DNA from: a virus
Length of the DNA stretch: 32,913 nucleotides
Direction: 5' to 3' (one strand)
IMG/VR virus record: IMGVR_UViG_3300027510_000010
Location: 1 to 32,913 of that record
Shown: piece by piece, positions 1-8,835 of the stretch
How positions within the stretch are numbered: position 1 is the stretch's first letter
Layout: the number at the start of each line of letters is the position of its first letter
Notes under the pieces: model-generated
What the model was told of the DNA's origin: nothing
Databases searched by the model: none
Seen by the model: only the letters and a program-made list of their open reading frames with translations
Translations under genes and position numbers: made by a program

Positions 1-80
1 GCAAGAAGAACATGGACGGGCGGACCGTCTCCCTGGCAGTTGACCGGCCCGCCCGGACGACCACAGCATTACACGAGTGA
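1..80 (+). CDS. 3' end of an upstream gene, truncated by the window edge (...KKNMDGRTVSLAVDRPARTTTALHE*)
   Basis: Open frame from position 3 to TGA at 78-80, 6 nt before the next ATG. Confidence 0.5.
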   Translation, partial: KKNMDGRTVSLAVDRPARTTTALHE

Positions 81-86
81 TCGACA

Positions 87-1310
87 ATGATAACTATTGA
101 TCCAGAGTTTAAAGCATTGATCCCGCCCCTCCTCCCAGAAGAGCGGAAGGGGCTCGAAGAGTCTATTTTAAAGGAGGGATGCCGCGATGCCCTCGTAGTG
201 TGGAAAGGTCACAACATTCTGGTCGACGGACACACCCGCTACGAGATCTGCACGGCGCATGGGAAACCGTTCGAAACCGTCGAGATGGAGTTCGCGTCGC
301 GCGATGACGCGATGGTCTGGATCATCGACAACCAGTTCTCACGGCGAAACCTCACTCCATTCACCCGGGGAGAACTCGCCCTGAAGAGAAAACATATCAT
401 CGCGGCGAAGGCGAAGAAGAACCAGGCTTGCGGGCAGGGCGGTGTTTTGCTTTTGCAGAATTCTGCAAAAGCATTTGCTCCGATCAACACCCGCGCGGAG
501 ATCGCCAAGATCGCCGGGGTGTCCCACGACACCATCGCCCGGATTGAGAAGATCGTGCAGAAGGCACCGGAGGAGGTGAAGGAGAAGCTCCGCCGTGGCG
601 ATCCGGGCGTATCAATCAACAAGGTCTTTAACGACATCAAGAAGGAGGAGACCCTCCAGAGACACCGGGAAGAACTCGCTGAGAAGGGGGCGGCAGTCGT
701 CAAACTTCCGCCATCCGTGCAGGTGTACCATGGCGACTTCCTCAAGGACTATCATATACTCGGTGAGGGATCGGTCGATTGCATCATCACGGATCCGCCA
801 TACGTTAAGGACTGGTTGGAGAACTATGAGGGATTCGCGCGGGCGGCGGAATACGTCCTGAAACCCGGCGGATTTCTGATAACCTACGTGGGCCACATTC
901 ATCTCGATCGCATCCTCGATCAGATGTGCAGACACCTTGACTTCTACTGGATTGCCGCCCTGAAACACGCCGGAACGACAAAGGCAGTTCATTCTCGGAG
1001 TGTGATGTGTGGGTTTAAGCCGATCCTGATATTCCACAAGCCGCCCCGGATGGCCCCGAAGCGGTATTTCTGCGATGTCATTCTCGGCACCGGGCGCGAG
1101 AAGTCGGCGCACGAGTGGCAGCAGGGCAAGGAAGAATTGCGGCAGATATTCGAGCCGTTCACCGATCCGGGAGATACCGTCCTCGATCCATTCATGGGAT
1201 CCGGCACGGTCCTCGATATGGCCCGGGAGATGGGGCGGAAGGCGATCGGGTTCGATATCGACGCGGTGAACGTGCAGATTGTCAGGGGGCGGGTTGCAGG
1301 TGTCACGTAA
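87..1310 (+). CDS. ParB-N domain / HTH / beta-class amino-methyltransferase fusion
   Basis: N-terminal ParB signature (IDPEFKALIPPL...LVDGHTRY), HTH-like RAEIAKIAGVSHDTIARIEKI, catalytic DPPY, SAM-binding DPFMGSGT near the C-terminus. Confidence 0.9.
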   Translation: MITIDPEFKALIPPLLPEERKGLEESILKEGCRDALVVWKGHNILVDGHTRYEICTAHGKPFETVEMEFASRDDAMVWIIDNQFSRRNLTPFTRGELALKRKHIIAAKAKKNQACGQGGVLLLQNSAKAFAPINTRAEIAKIAGVSHDTIARIEKIVQKAPEEVKEKLRRGDPGVSINKVFNDIKKEETLQRHREELAEKGAAVVKLPPSVQVYHGDFLKDYHILGEGSVDCIITDPPYVKDWLENYEGFARAAEYVLKPGGFLITYVGHIHLDRILDQMCRHLDFYWIAALKHAGTTKAVHSRSVMCGFKPILIFHKPPRMAPKRYFCDVILGTGREKSAHEWQQGKEELRQIFEPFTDPGDTVLDPFMGSGTVLDMAREMGRKAIGFDIDAVNVQIVRGRVAGVT

Positions 1311-1869
1311 AGATTGGCGAGCCCTTAACGCAGGATACTCTCATGATCCGGAGTTCGTCGTCGCCGCGAAGCTCAACGCCCTCTTTATCCACGATGGCAT
1401 CCGGGCTGAGCGTCCGGTCGGGCGAGACCGGGCGAAGTTCTCGCCGCAAGACGTGATCGTCCACACCTACGATCGGCGGTCACTGACGTTTGGAAAGGAG
1501 ATATGCAAGATCGACGTTGAACGCAAACCCAACGATGTTTTCGAAGAATATCCCTCGCCTCCGAGACGGTGGCACTCGTGGTCATTTCTCGCCCGGAAGG
1601 TCGAAAAGGCGTCGAACCGGGATCAGGATGTTTACATCCTCGTCGATCGAGAGATATCCGATCGGGTATTCTGGATCACATATGGCGCGATCCGAAGACA
1701 CTTCTCGTTAATTACCGAGGTGGATGAGTGGCTCGTCCGGGATCGGTATTATCGCGCACCGATTGATAGTCAGATCGCCGTGCAGAGGGGATACTCGACA
1801 CTCTGTCAGTATATCGTCGGTCTCCGTGACGGGAAGAGCGACCTGCGGACGTATGGAGTGATCGCATGA
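1300..1869 (+). CDS. Putative PD-(D/E)XK restriction-endonuclease-fold protein
   Basis: GTG start at 1300 overlaps the MTase stop; E-helix (PEFVVAAKL), PQDVIV and IDVERK are spaced like a PD-(D/E)XK core. Confidence 0.45.
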   Translation: MSRKDWRALNAGYSHDPEFVVAAKLNALFIHDGIRAERPVGRDRAKFSPQDVIVHTYDRRSLTFGKEICKIDVERKPNDVFEEYPSPPRRWHSWSFLARKVEKASNRDQDVYILVDREISDRVFWITYGAIRRHFSLITEVDEWLVRDRYYRAPIDSQIAVQRGYSTLCQYIVGLRDGKSDLRTYGVIA

Positions 1870-2354
1870 CCCGCCCGATCCTCTACATCTCCGGTCCCTA
1901 CTCCGCCGGCAACGGGCGCACGGTCGCGGACAACATCGCGGTCGCCAGGACCCATGCAGAGGCAGCATGGCGGCAGGGATGGGCGGCGATCTGCCCACAC
2001 CTCAACTGCGCCGGGTTCGAGGTCACCTGCCCGGATGTCTCGCACGAGGAGTGGCTCGCCGGCGACCTCGCGATCCTCGATCGGCTCGACCCGGCGACCG
2101 ACGCGATGCTGCTCCTGCCGGACTGGATCGAGAGCCCTGGCGCGGTGCGTGAGTATCACCGGGCTGTGGCGAGAGGCATCGAAGTGATCTACCCCGTGGC
2201 CTCGCCTGACGCGATCCCATCGGCGAGAGGACGCGGGGTGTGCGAGTACTATCGGCAGGTGCATTACGAGACGGATAGCCGCGACACCTGCGGGAGTGGT
2301 CGCGCCCGGTGCCCGCCGGGGAAAACATGCCCGATCCGGAGGCGGTGCCAGTGA
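1866..2354 (+). CDS. Nucleoside 2-deoxyribosyltransferase-like protein (DUF4406/DUF1937 type) with Cys-rich C-terminal tail
   Basis: LYISGPYS...CPHLN...DAMLLLPDWIESPGAVREY pattern; ATGA overlap with the previous gene. Confidence 0.75.
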   Translation: MTRPILYISGPYSAGNGRTVADNIAVARTHAEAAWRQGWAAICPHLNCAGFEVTCPDVSHEEWLAGDLAILDRLDPATDAMLLLPDWIESPGAVREYHRAVARGIEVIYPVASPDAIPSARGRGVCEYYRQVHYETDSRDTCGSGRARCPPGKTCPIRRRCQ

Positions 2355-3598
2355 GCGACGGACTCAAGCGGAGTTGTACTTTGACTAATACAGCAAGTGG
2401 CATGAAACACACGATCCTGAATGGAGATGTTCTCGACTGCCTCAGGTCGCTGCCGGACGCCTGCGTGCAGTGTGTCGTGACGTCGCCGCCGTACTGGGGG
2501 CTCCGAGACTATGGCGTCAAAGGGCAGATAGGACTTGAACCGACGCCCGAGGAGCATGTCGAGAAGATGGTTGAGGTCTTCCGCGAGGTCCGGCGGGTGC
2601 TGCGCGACGACGGCACGCTCTGGCTGAATTACGGGGACTGTTATGCTGGGAGCACGACCGGAGCGGATCGCCCGCCGGAACCGGGACACACTCGCGAAGA
2701 CAGCGGGCGAGTGAAGACCGGGCAGGAGAACAAGCACCGCCGCCCGGATGCAGGACTCAAGCCGAAGGATCTCGTCGGGATGCCCTGGCGGATCGCCTTC
2801 GCCCTTCAGGCGGACGGGTGGTATCTGCGCTCCGATATCATCTGGTCGAAGCCGAACCCGATGCCGGAGAGCGTGACCGACCGCCCGACGAAGAGCCATG
2901 AGTATGTGTTCCTGCTCACGAAGCGGCCCCGCTACTTCTACGATGCCGACGCGATCCGGGAGGCGCATGTATCGGTAGATCAATCTCCGAGAAAGTCTGG
3001 TGTCGGTAATGGGTTAAACCGCACGGATCGCGGCGTGGGGCGCGAGTTCTTCGGAAACCCCGCCGGCCGCAACCGCCGCACGGTCTGGGAGATTGCGACG
3101 CAACCGATGCCGGAAGCACACTTCGCCACGTTCCCGGAGGCACTCGTCGAGCCGTGCATCAAGGCAGGGACGAGCGCGCGCGGGGCGTGCCCGAAGTGCG
3201 GGGCGCCGTGGCGGCGAGTGGTGGAGAAGGGCGGCGGCACGACCGGGGCGAGCTGGCACGACCACTCGAACGATCTCGTGCGGGGGCAGGTCGGCCCGGC
3301 ATCCGCGCTCGGGAGGTCGCGGATGACGGGCCGGCGCTACTACCGGCGCGATATCGGCTGGCAACCCTCCTGCACATGCGGGTGCGAGGAAACCATTCCG
3401 TGCGTCGTGTTGGATCCGTTCGGCGGGTCCGGCACGGTGGCGAAGGTGGCGCGGGACCTCGGGCGCTCCTCTATCCTGATCGAGATCAACCCCGAATACG
3501 TGCAGATCGCAAAGAAACGGCTCCGCATCGGGGAACAACTCGATTCCGGAGTTTGTGAATACGTTGTCAAGAATTTCCTCACGGAGGCGACCCCATGA
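2351..3598 (+). CDS. Beta-class DNA methyltransferase, probably N4-cytosine, with an inserted Zn-ribbon
   Basis: TSPPY catalytic motif, HFATFPEALVEPCI, CPKCG...CTCG insert, DPFGGSGT; start is GTG 2351 (overlaps the prior stop) or ATG 2402. Confidence 0.9.
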   Translation: MSDGLKRSCTLTNTASGMKHTILNGDVLDCLRSLPDACVQCVVTSPPYWGLRDYGVKGQIGLEPTPEEHVEKMVEVFREVRRVLRDDGTLWLNYGDCYAGSTTGADRPPEPGHTREDSGRVKTGQENKHRRPDAGLKPKDLVGMPWRIAFALQADGWYLRSDIIWSKPNPMPESVTDRPTKSHEYVFLLTKRPRYFYDADAIREAHVSVDQSPRKSGVGNGLNRTDRGVGREFFGNPAGRNRRTVWEIATQPMPEAHFATFPEALVEPCIKAGTSARGACPKCGAPWRRVVEKGGGTTGASWHDHSNDLVRGQVGPASALGRSRMTGRRYYRRDIGWQPSCTCGCEETIPCVVLDPFGGSGTVAKVARDLGRSSILIEINPEYVQIAKKRLRIGEQLDSGVCEYVVKNFLTEATP

Positions 3599-5664
3599 GT
3601 TCTATCGTGCTAAAAATACCTATCGAATCACAATCATTCCGCGCCGTGTTGACCGACGCGACGCTCCGGGACCGTGTCCAGGAGTGGGTGGCGGCGGCCG
3701 TCACACTCGACGACGCGGTGTATATCCCGCTCAGGACGGACTGGATGCCACCGAGGGATCGCCGGACCGCTGACGGGGTCGAGATCCTCCTCGCGGGCCG
3801 GTGGCCGCCGGAGGTGGACGCCGAGACCGGTCCTAGGGTTAGTGCGGCGTTCTTCGGCCGAGTATGGGATACTCTCTGCAATGCGACGCCCGCCGATGAA
3901 CCTGAGGATATAGCAGCATGTGGTTTATCTGAGGTAAACGAGGAGCAAATGGAAAACGAGGCGCCGGAAGAGGCGCCTGTCGTAATCCGCATCCAAGCAA
4001 CCCCGGTCAATCATGTCGACGGGTGGTCGTGGAGCCATGTTGTGACCGAGATCCGGCGATGGGCCGCGATCTACCCCGAGGAGATCCCCGACCCGAACGA
4101 GATCTCTGAGGCTGAGGCCCGGGCGCTCCTCAAGACGATCTACCAGCACCCGGTGGTGATCGCGGAGTTTGAACGACGGCGGATGGTCGCGGAGGCGACT
4201 CAGAGGGAGTATCGAGACGCCAGGACGATCCAGTATGCTATCGACGTCGGTGTAGAGTTGCCCGACCCGACCCCGCCGCCGGTGGCGCAGGAGTTCCCGT
4301 GCACCGATGACGGGAACGGGGACCGACTCGTGGCGCAGTATCGGGACTCGATCCGGTATTGCAAGACTTTTGACGCATGGTACATTTGGAACGGCTCTTT
4401 TTGGGAGCGCGACGAGACCTGCCGGATGCTGGCGCTTGCCAAGCGGGTCGCCCGGACGATCCATATCGAGGCTTCGGCGACCACAGACGACCGGCGCGAG
4501 AAGGTCGGAAAGTGGGCCCTCACGTCGGGGATGCTCTCGCGGCTCAAGGCGATGATCGCCTGCGCTGCCCCGGCCGTCGCGGTGACTCCTGATGAGTTCG
4601 ACGCCCGGCCGGAACTGTTGAACTGCAAGAACGGCACGCTGGAACTCGATACGCTGACGTTCCGCGAGGCGCGACGGGAGGACCTACTGACGAAGTGCTG
4701 CGGGGTGGACTACGATCCTGCGGCCGAGTGCCCTACGTGGCTGGCGCACCTTGACCTCGTGTTCGGCGGGGACGCGGCATATATCAGAGGGTTTCAGGAG
4801 CTCTGTGGGTATTCGCTCCTGCAGTATAACCCGGAGCAGATCATGGCGATCCTCTACGGCACGGGCAAGAATGGTAAAAGCGTGACGATCGGGGCGCTGG
4901 CGCGGGTATGGGGCGATTACGCTGTCAATATCGCCGCCGAGAGTCTCATGGTGCGCCGGGGAGACGGCCCGCGATCTGACCTGGCGCGACTGCACGGCGC
5001 CCGGCTCGTCACGGCATCGGAGGGAGAGAGCGGCGCATATCTCGCGGAGAGCGTGGTCAAGCAGTTGACCGGCGACGATGCGATCACCGTCCGGAGGCTC
5101 TACGAGAACGAGTTTGAGTTCCGCCCCGGGGCGAAAATCTTCCTCGCGACGAACCACGAGCCCCGGATCCGGGGCACAGATGAGGGGATATGGCGGCGGT
5201 TATGGTTGCTGCCATTCACCGTCACAATCCCGGAGGATCGGCGCGACCCGGGCATCCTCGATAAGCTGGAGGCCGAAGGGTCGGGTATCCTGAACTGGTG
5301 TATCGAGGGACTCCGGCGGTATCAGGAGAACGGTTGCAGACTCGCGCCTCCGGCGAAGGTCGTCGCGGCAACGGCACGGTTCCGGTCGGAGTCGGACGTT
5401 ATCGGGAGGTTCCTCGCGCAGGAGATGAAGGTCGACCCCCTCGGCACAATCGCGCGGTCGGCGCTCTATAAGATATACCTCCAATGGTGCGAGGATGAGG
5501 GTGAGCGGCCGGTCAGCAACCGGACGGTGATAAAGTACCTCAGGGAGCGCGGGTTCGGTGAACGCAAAACCGGCGGGGTCATGTGCTGGACTGGCATACG
5601 CATAAAGAGTGCTACGGAGGCAGAAGAAGATGCTACGGAAGGGTCATTACAGGCAGGTCTTTGA
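3595..5664 (+). CDS. D5/P4-family SF3 replicative helicase (D5_N + ATPase + C-terminal winged helix) with an unrecognised N-terminal region
   Basis: TDDGNGDRL D5_N start, LLNCKNGTLEL, Walker A GTGKNGKS, ARLVTASE, VKQLTGDDAITVRRLY, FLATNHEP; C-terminal LYKIYLQWC wHTH-like segment. Confidence 0.9.
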   Translation: MSSIVLKIPIESQSFRAVLTDATLRDRVQEWVAAAVTLDDAVYIPLRTDWMPPRDRRTADGVEILLAGRWPPEVDAETGPRVSAAFFGRVWDTLCNATPADEPEDIAACGLSEVNEEQMENEAPEEAPVVIRIQATPVNHVDGWSWSHVVTEIRRWAAIYPEEIPDPNEISEAEARALLKTIYQHPVVIAEFERRRMVAEATQREYRDARTIQYAIDVGVELPDPTPPPVAQEFPCTDDGNGDRLVAQYRDSIRYCKTFDAWYIWNGSFWERDETCRMLALAKRVARTIHIEASATTDDRREKVGKWALTSGMLSRLKAMIACAAPAVAVTPDEFDARPELLNCKNGTLELDTLTFREARREDLLTKCCGVDYDPAAECPTWLAHLDLVFGGDAAYIRGFQELCGYSLLQYNPEQIMAILYGTGKNGKSVTIGALARVWGDYAVNIAAESLMVRRGDGPRSDLARLHGARLVTASEGESGAYLAESVVKQLTGDDAITVRRLYENEFEFRPGAKIFLATNHEPRIRGTDEGIWRRLWLLPFTVTIPEDRRDPGILDKLEAEGSGILNWCIEGLRRYQENGCRLAPPAKVVAATARFRSESDVIGRFLAQEMKVDPLGTIARSALYKIYLQWCEDEGERPVSNRTVIKYLRERGFGERKTGGVMCWTGIRIKSATEAEEDATEGSLQAGL

Positions 5665-5665
5665 G

Positions 5666-5992
5666 ATGTTGAAAGAGGAGATTATGGCTTGGTTCTCAGC
5701 GGGGCAGGAAGGGCAGGAAAAACCGGAAAGTGTTTCAGGCATAGTGTGTCTGGAAAACTTTCTGAGTTTTCCTACCCTAAATACCCCAAAAGGCACGAAG
5801 GGTATGAACTTTCAGGAGTTCCACAACATTCGAAGTTGGAACCTTTTCCAGAATTTCGTGCCCTTCGTGCCCTTCGTGCCCCAAAAGGCATTTAGGGCAT
5901 ATAGGATCGTAACTTTCCCATATGGGGGGGGTATAGGAAAAGTTACGATCCTATATACCCCAAATACCCCACTCGTGCCAGGGGGGATCTGA
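5666..5992 (+). CDS. Possible ORF running through the origin (FVPFVPFVP is the iteron read-out)
   Basis: Starts 2 nt after the helicase stop and ends in a TGATG overlap with the next gene, but its composition is dictated by DNA repeats. Confidence 0.25.
   Translation: MLKEEIMAWFSAGQEGQEKPESVSGIVCLENFLSFPTLNTPKGTKGMNFQEFHNIRSWNLFQNFVPFVPFVPQKAFRAYRIVTFPYGGGIGKVTILYTPNTPLVPGGI
5702..5980. promoter_or_regulatory. Putative replication origin: convergent 9-bp iterons plus inverted repeats
   Basis: GGGCAGGAA x2 (5702-5719); GGCACGAAGGG (5792-5802); TTCGTGCCC x3 (5855-5881); imperfect 28-bp IR 5775-5802/5870-5897; perfect 18-bp IR 5899-5916/5939-5956; immediately downstream of the helicase. Confidence 0.65.
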
Positions 5993-6198
5993 TGGTTGCT
6001 CTATGCGCTGTGGATCGGAGTTTTGTCCTGGTTGTCGAACGGGCACTTGCTACTGTAAGTGTTACGCCGACCTTCATACCCGACCCGGCCCGACCCCTCA
6101 CTCACTACCATGTCATGGTCGAGGATGACGAGGTCGATCGGGTACGGGCAGCACTTGAGATGGTCGGGACGTTCGTCCCAGAGGAGGTGCGGCCATGA
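5992..6198 (+). CDS. Hypothetical protein
   Basis: Stop/start overlaps at both ends; GAGGAGGTG RBS for the next gene lies within its 3' end. Confidence 0.6.
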   Translation: MVALCAVDRSFVLVVERALATVSVTPTFIPDPARPLTHYHVMVEDDEVDRVRAALEMVGTFVPEEVRP

Positions 6199-6653
6199 CC
6201 GCGAACACCCCCGCCTCCCGCAAGGCCAAGGGGCGGCGACTGCAGCAGGCGGTCCGGCAGGACCTGGTCGACCGCCTCGGTATCGACCCGGGCGACATCC
6301 TGAGCACAGGGATGGGGCAGTCTGGTTGCGACCTCTACCTCTCGCCGGCCGCCCGAACCATCTTCCCCTTCGGCGTCGAGTGCAAAGCGCAGGAAGCGAT
6401 CGCGCTCCCGGCGTGGTGGAAACAATGCACCCGAAACGCCGAGGTGGAGGGGCTCGCCCCCCTCCTCATCCTGAAGCAGAGCCGGCGGGAGCCGCTCGCC
6501 GTGCTCCGGTGGACCGACCTCCTCGCGCTGCTGAGCGAGGTTCGGACACTGCACGAGGCGGCGCTGGAGCAGGTCGCCCCAGACAGGAGGCCGCCCGCGA
6601 CCATCGACCTCAACGGCACCTCGGCGTCGAACCTTGACTGGAGGCGCTCATGA
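6195..6653 (+). CDS. Holliday junction resolvase-like PD-(D/E)XK nuclease
   Basis: RKAKGRRLQQ...GQSGCDLYL...GVECKAQE...W..Q motif series of the phage Hjc-like family. Confidence 0.75.
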   Translation: MTANTPASRKAKGRRLQQAVRQDLVDRLGIDPGDILSTGMGQSGCDLYLSPAARTIFPFGVECKAQEAIALPAWWKQCTRNAEVEGLAPLLILKQSRREPLAVLRWTDLLALLSEVRTLHEAALEQVAPDRRPPATIDLNGTSASNLDWRRS

Positions 6654-6796
6654 CCCCGCCCAAGACCCTCTCGATCTCGGCCGCCCTCCATTCCCGGCTC
6701 TGGCTCCTCAAGATCCGGCGCAAGGCTCGGACCCTTGACGAAGTGATCGAGCAGGCCCTGGACGCCCTCGAAGAGCAGGAGGTCAACAATGGATAG
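6650..6796 (+). CDS. 48-aa ribbon-helix-helix-like DNA-binding protein (not in the ORF track)
   Basis: MTPPKTLSISAALHSRLWLLKIRRKARTLDEVIEQALDALEEQEVNNG; ATGA overlap upstream, overlaps terS start. Confidence 0.6.
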   Translation: MTPPKTLSISAALHSRLWLLKIRRKARTLDEVIEQALDALEEQEVNNG

Positions 6797-7334
6797 GTCT
6801 CCCGGGGGGCAGTGCAAGATCTGCAACCACCCGCAGCGGGTCGAGATCGACAAGGCACTTGTGTCGGGTGAAACACTGCGAAACATAGCGAAACAGTTCG
6901 GGGTGTCATATAGTGCGGTAGGGCGGCACAAGAGAAACGGACACATCGCCGCCCAAATCGCCAAGGTCGCTCGGAAAAAGGAGATAGAGGACGCAAAAGA
7001 GATCCGGAACGCCGTCGAGGAAAAGGAGCAACAAGAGATCGCCGACGTGGCCTCCGTCCTCGACGAGATCATCGGACTCAAGGACCGGCTCAACGATCTC
7101 CTTGACCGAGCGGAGGGGGAGGGGATCAAAGAGGTCTGCATGGTCTCCGGCGAGATCCGGCGCACTCTCGAGCTGATCGCAAAGATCTCCGGTGAGTTAA
7201 AACAGGCCCGGAGCATAACCGTGAATATTACCCAGTCCGCCGAATTTAAACAGGTGGTCGCAATTCTCCTGGAAGAGGTACCTGATGACGTCAAGGAACC
7301 GCTCGCCCGACGACTCTACGAAATTAGCGCTTAG
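6789..7334 (+). CDS. terS: Terminase small subunit (putative)
   Basis: CKIC-HP, HTH LRNIAKQFGVSYSAVGRH, coiled-coil; directly upstream of terL. Confidence 0.7.
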   Translation: MDRSPGGQCKICNHPQRVEIDKALVSGETLRNIAKQFGVSYSAVGRHKRNGHIAAQIAKVARKKEIEDAKEIRNAVEEKEQQEIADVASVLDEIIGLKDRLNDLLDRAEGEGIKEVCMVSGEIRRTLELIAKISGELKQARSITVNITQSAEFKQVVAILLEEVPDDVKEPLARRLYEISA

Positions 7335-8772
7335 AGTAATTGCTGAGCGGCTCTCGCCGTCGACGCCACCCCCTGACCTCTGGGACCGTCTCGGTCTCCG
7401 CCCACAACCCGGGCCGCAGGAAGCCTTTCTGAAGTCGGACGCCGATATAACGATATTCGGCGGAGCGGCCGGGGGCGGTAAGTCCTTCGGCCTCCTCCTC
7501 GCCCCGCTCCAGTGGATCCACGTCCCCGGGTTCGGCGCGGTCATCTTCCGCCGGACCACCACACAGGTCCGGGCCGAGGGCGGCCTCTGGGATGAGAGTC
7601 AGGAGTTATACTCGCGCCTCAACGGCACGCCCCGAGAGCAGCAGCTCGAGTGGCGGTTCCCGTCCGGCGCCGCGGTCTCCTTCGCCCACATGGAATGGGA
7701 GCGGAACCGCTATGACTGGCAGGGCTCGCAGATCTGCCTGATCGGGTTTGACGAGTTGACGCATTTCAGCAAAAAACAATTTTTTTATATGCTCAGCCGT
7801 AACCGGAGCACCTGCGGCGTTAAACCGCGCATCATGGCGACGACTAACCCCGACGCCGACTCATGGGTCGCGGAGTTTATTGAGTGGTGGATCGATCAGG
7901 AGACCGGCTACCCGATCCCTGAGCGCGCCGGCGTCCTCCGCTGGTTCGTCCAGACCGGCGACGAACTCGTATGGGCCGACTCCGCCGAGGATCTCAAGGC
8001 GCGATACCCTGACGCGGTCCCGACGTCAGTCACGTTTATCCCGGCGACACTCGACGACAACCCCGCGCTGACGCAAAAGGACCCTGGGTACCGCGCCCGC
8101 CTCTTGGCGCTGGACCGCGTCGAGCGGGAACGGTTGCTCAACGGCAACTGGAAGATCCGCCCGGTCGCCGGGATGTACTTCCGGCGGGAATGGTTCGAGA
8201 TCGTCGACCAGGCCCCGACCGTCGACATCGCCGTCCGGTACTGGGATTTCGCCGGGTCCCGGCGCACCGCGAAGAACAAAGATCCTGATTGGACGGTCGG
8301 CCTCCTCCTCGGCTACAAGGAGCCATACTTTTACGTCCTCGACGTCGTCCGGCTCCAGGAGAGCCCCGGAACGGTCATGGAGACCGTGGCCGCGACCGCC
8401 GCGATGGATGGTCCCCTCACCCCGATCATCGTCGAGCAGGAGCCCGGCAGCGCCGCGCTCTACCACATCGACAACCTCGTCGACGCCCTGCCCGGGTTTG
8501 CCGTCGTCGGCCGGCCGTCGACCGGCAGCAAGATCCTGCGGGCAAAACCCATCTCCAGCGCCGCCGAGCACGGCAAGGTCATCCTGGTCCGGGGCGAGTG
8601 GATTCGGGCATTTCTTCAGGAGTTGGAGTATTTCCCGGACGGCGCTCACGACGACCAGGTTGACGCGCTCTCCGGCGCTCATGCCTCGCTCGTGGAGCTA
8701 CTCAAGGCGCTCAGGTCGCACGAGGGCGAGGTCGTCATGTATAGCGACGAGGTGAGTATCAGCCCGGTGTAA
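7285..8772 (+). CDS. terL: Terminase large subunit
   Basis: Walker A GGAAGGGKS, Walker B LIGFDELTHF, coupling motif ATTNP, nuclease WDFA...DWTVG...HDDQVDA. Confidence 0.95.
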   Translation: MTSRNRSPDDSTKLALRVIAERLSPSTPPPDLWDRLGLRPQPGPQEAFLKSDADITIFGGAAGGGKSFGLLLAPLQWIHVPGFGAVIFRRTTTQVRAEGGLWDESQELYSRLNGTPREQQLEWRFPSGAAVSFAHMEWERNRYDWQGSQICLIGFDELTHFSKKQFFYMLSRNRSTCGVKPRIMATTNPDADSWVAEFIEWWIDQETGYPIPERAGVLRWFVQTGDELVWADSAEDLKARYPDAVPTSVTFIPATLDDNPALTQKDPGYRARLLALDRVERERLLNGNWKIRPVAGMYFRREWFEIVDQAPTVDIAVRYWDFAGSRRTAKNKDPDWTVGLLLGYKEPYFYVLDVVRLQESPGTVMETVAATAAMDGPLTPIIVEQEPGSAALYHIDNLVDALPGFAVVGRPSTGSKILRAKPISSAAEHGKVILVRGEWIRAFLQELEYFPDGAHDDQVDALSGAHASLVELLKALRSHEGEVVMYSDEVSISPV

Positions 8773-8774
8773 CC

Positions 8775-8835
8775 CCTACTATATAATACCTACGTTTTTA
8801 CAAATTTATAAATTCTTCAACATTTAAGTGCTTAG
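8775..8835 (+). promoter_or_regulatory. AT-rich archaeal-type promoter (putative late promoter)
   Basis: TTTATAAA at 8805-8812 inside the perfect palindrome AATTTATAAATT (8803-8814); only sizeable intergenic gap between 6 and 29.9 kb apart from the tRNA. Confidence 0.65.

Noticed and set aside
5917-5935. Archaeal ORB element (G-string)
   Set aside because: A G8 run is present, but the ORB core (TCCA...GAAAC) is not, and no Orc1/Cdc6 gene is visible.
5899-5956. Tyrosine-recombinase (lox/dif-like) or protelomerase site
   Set aside because: The 22-nt spacer is far longer than the 6-8 nt of tyrosine-recombinase cores, the centre is not a continuous palindrome, and no such enzyme is in the window. 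Kept only as a generic protein-binding or recombination hypothesis.
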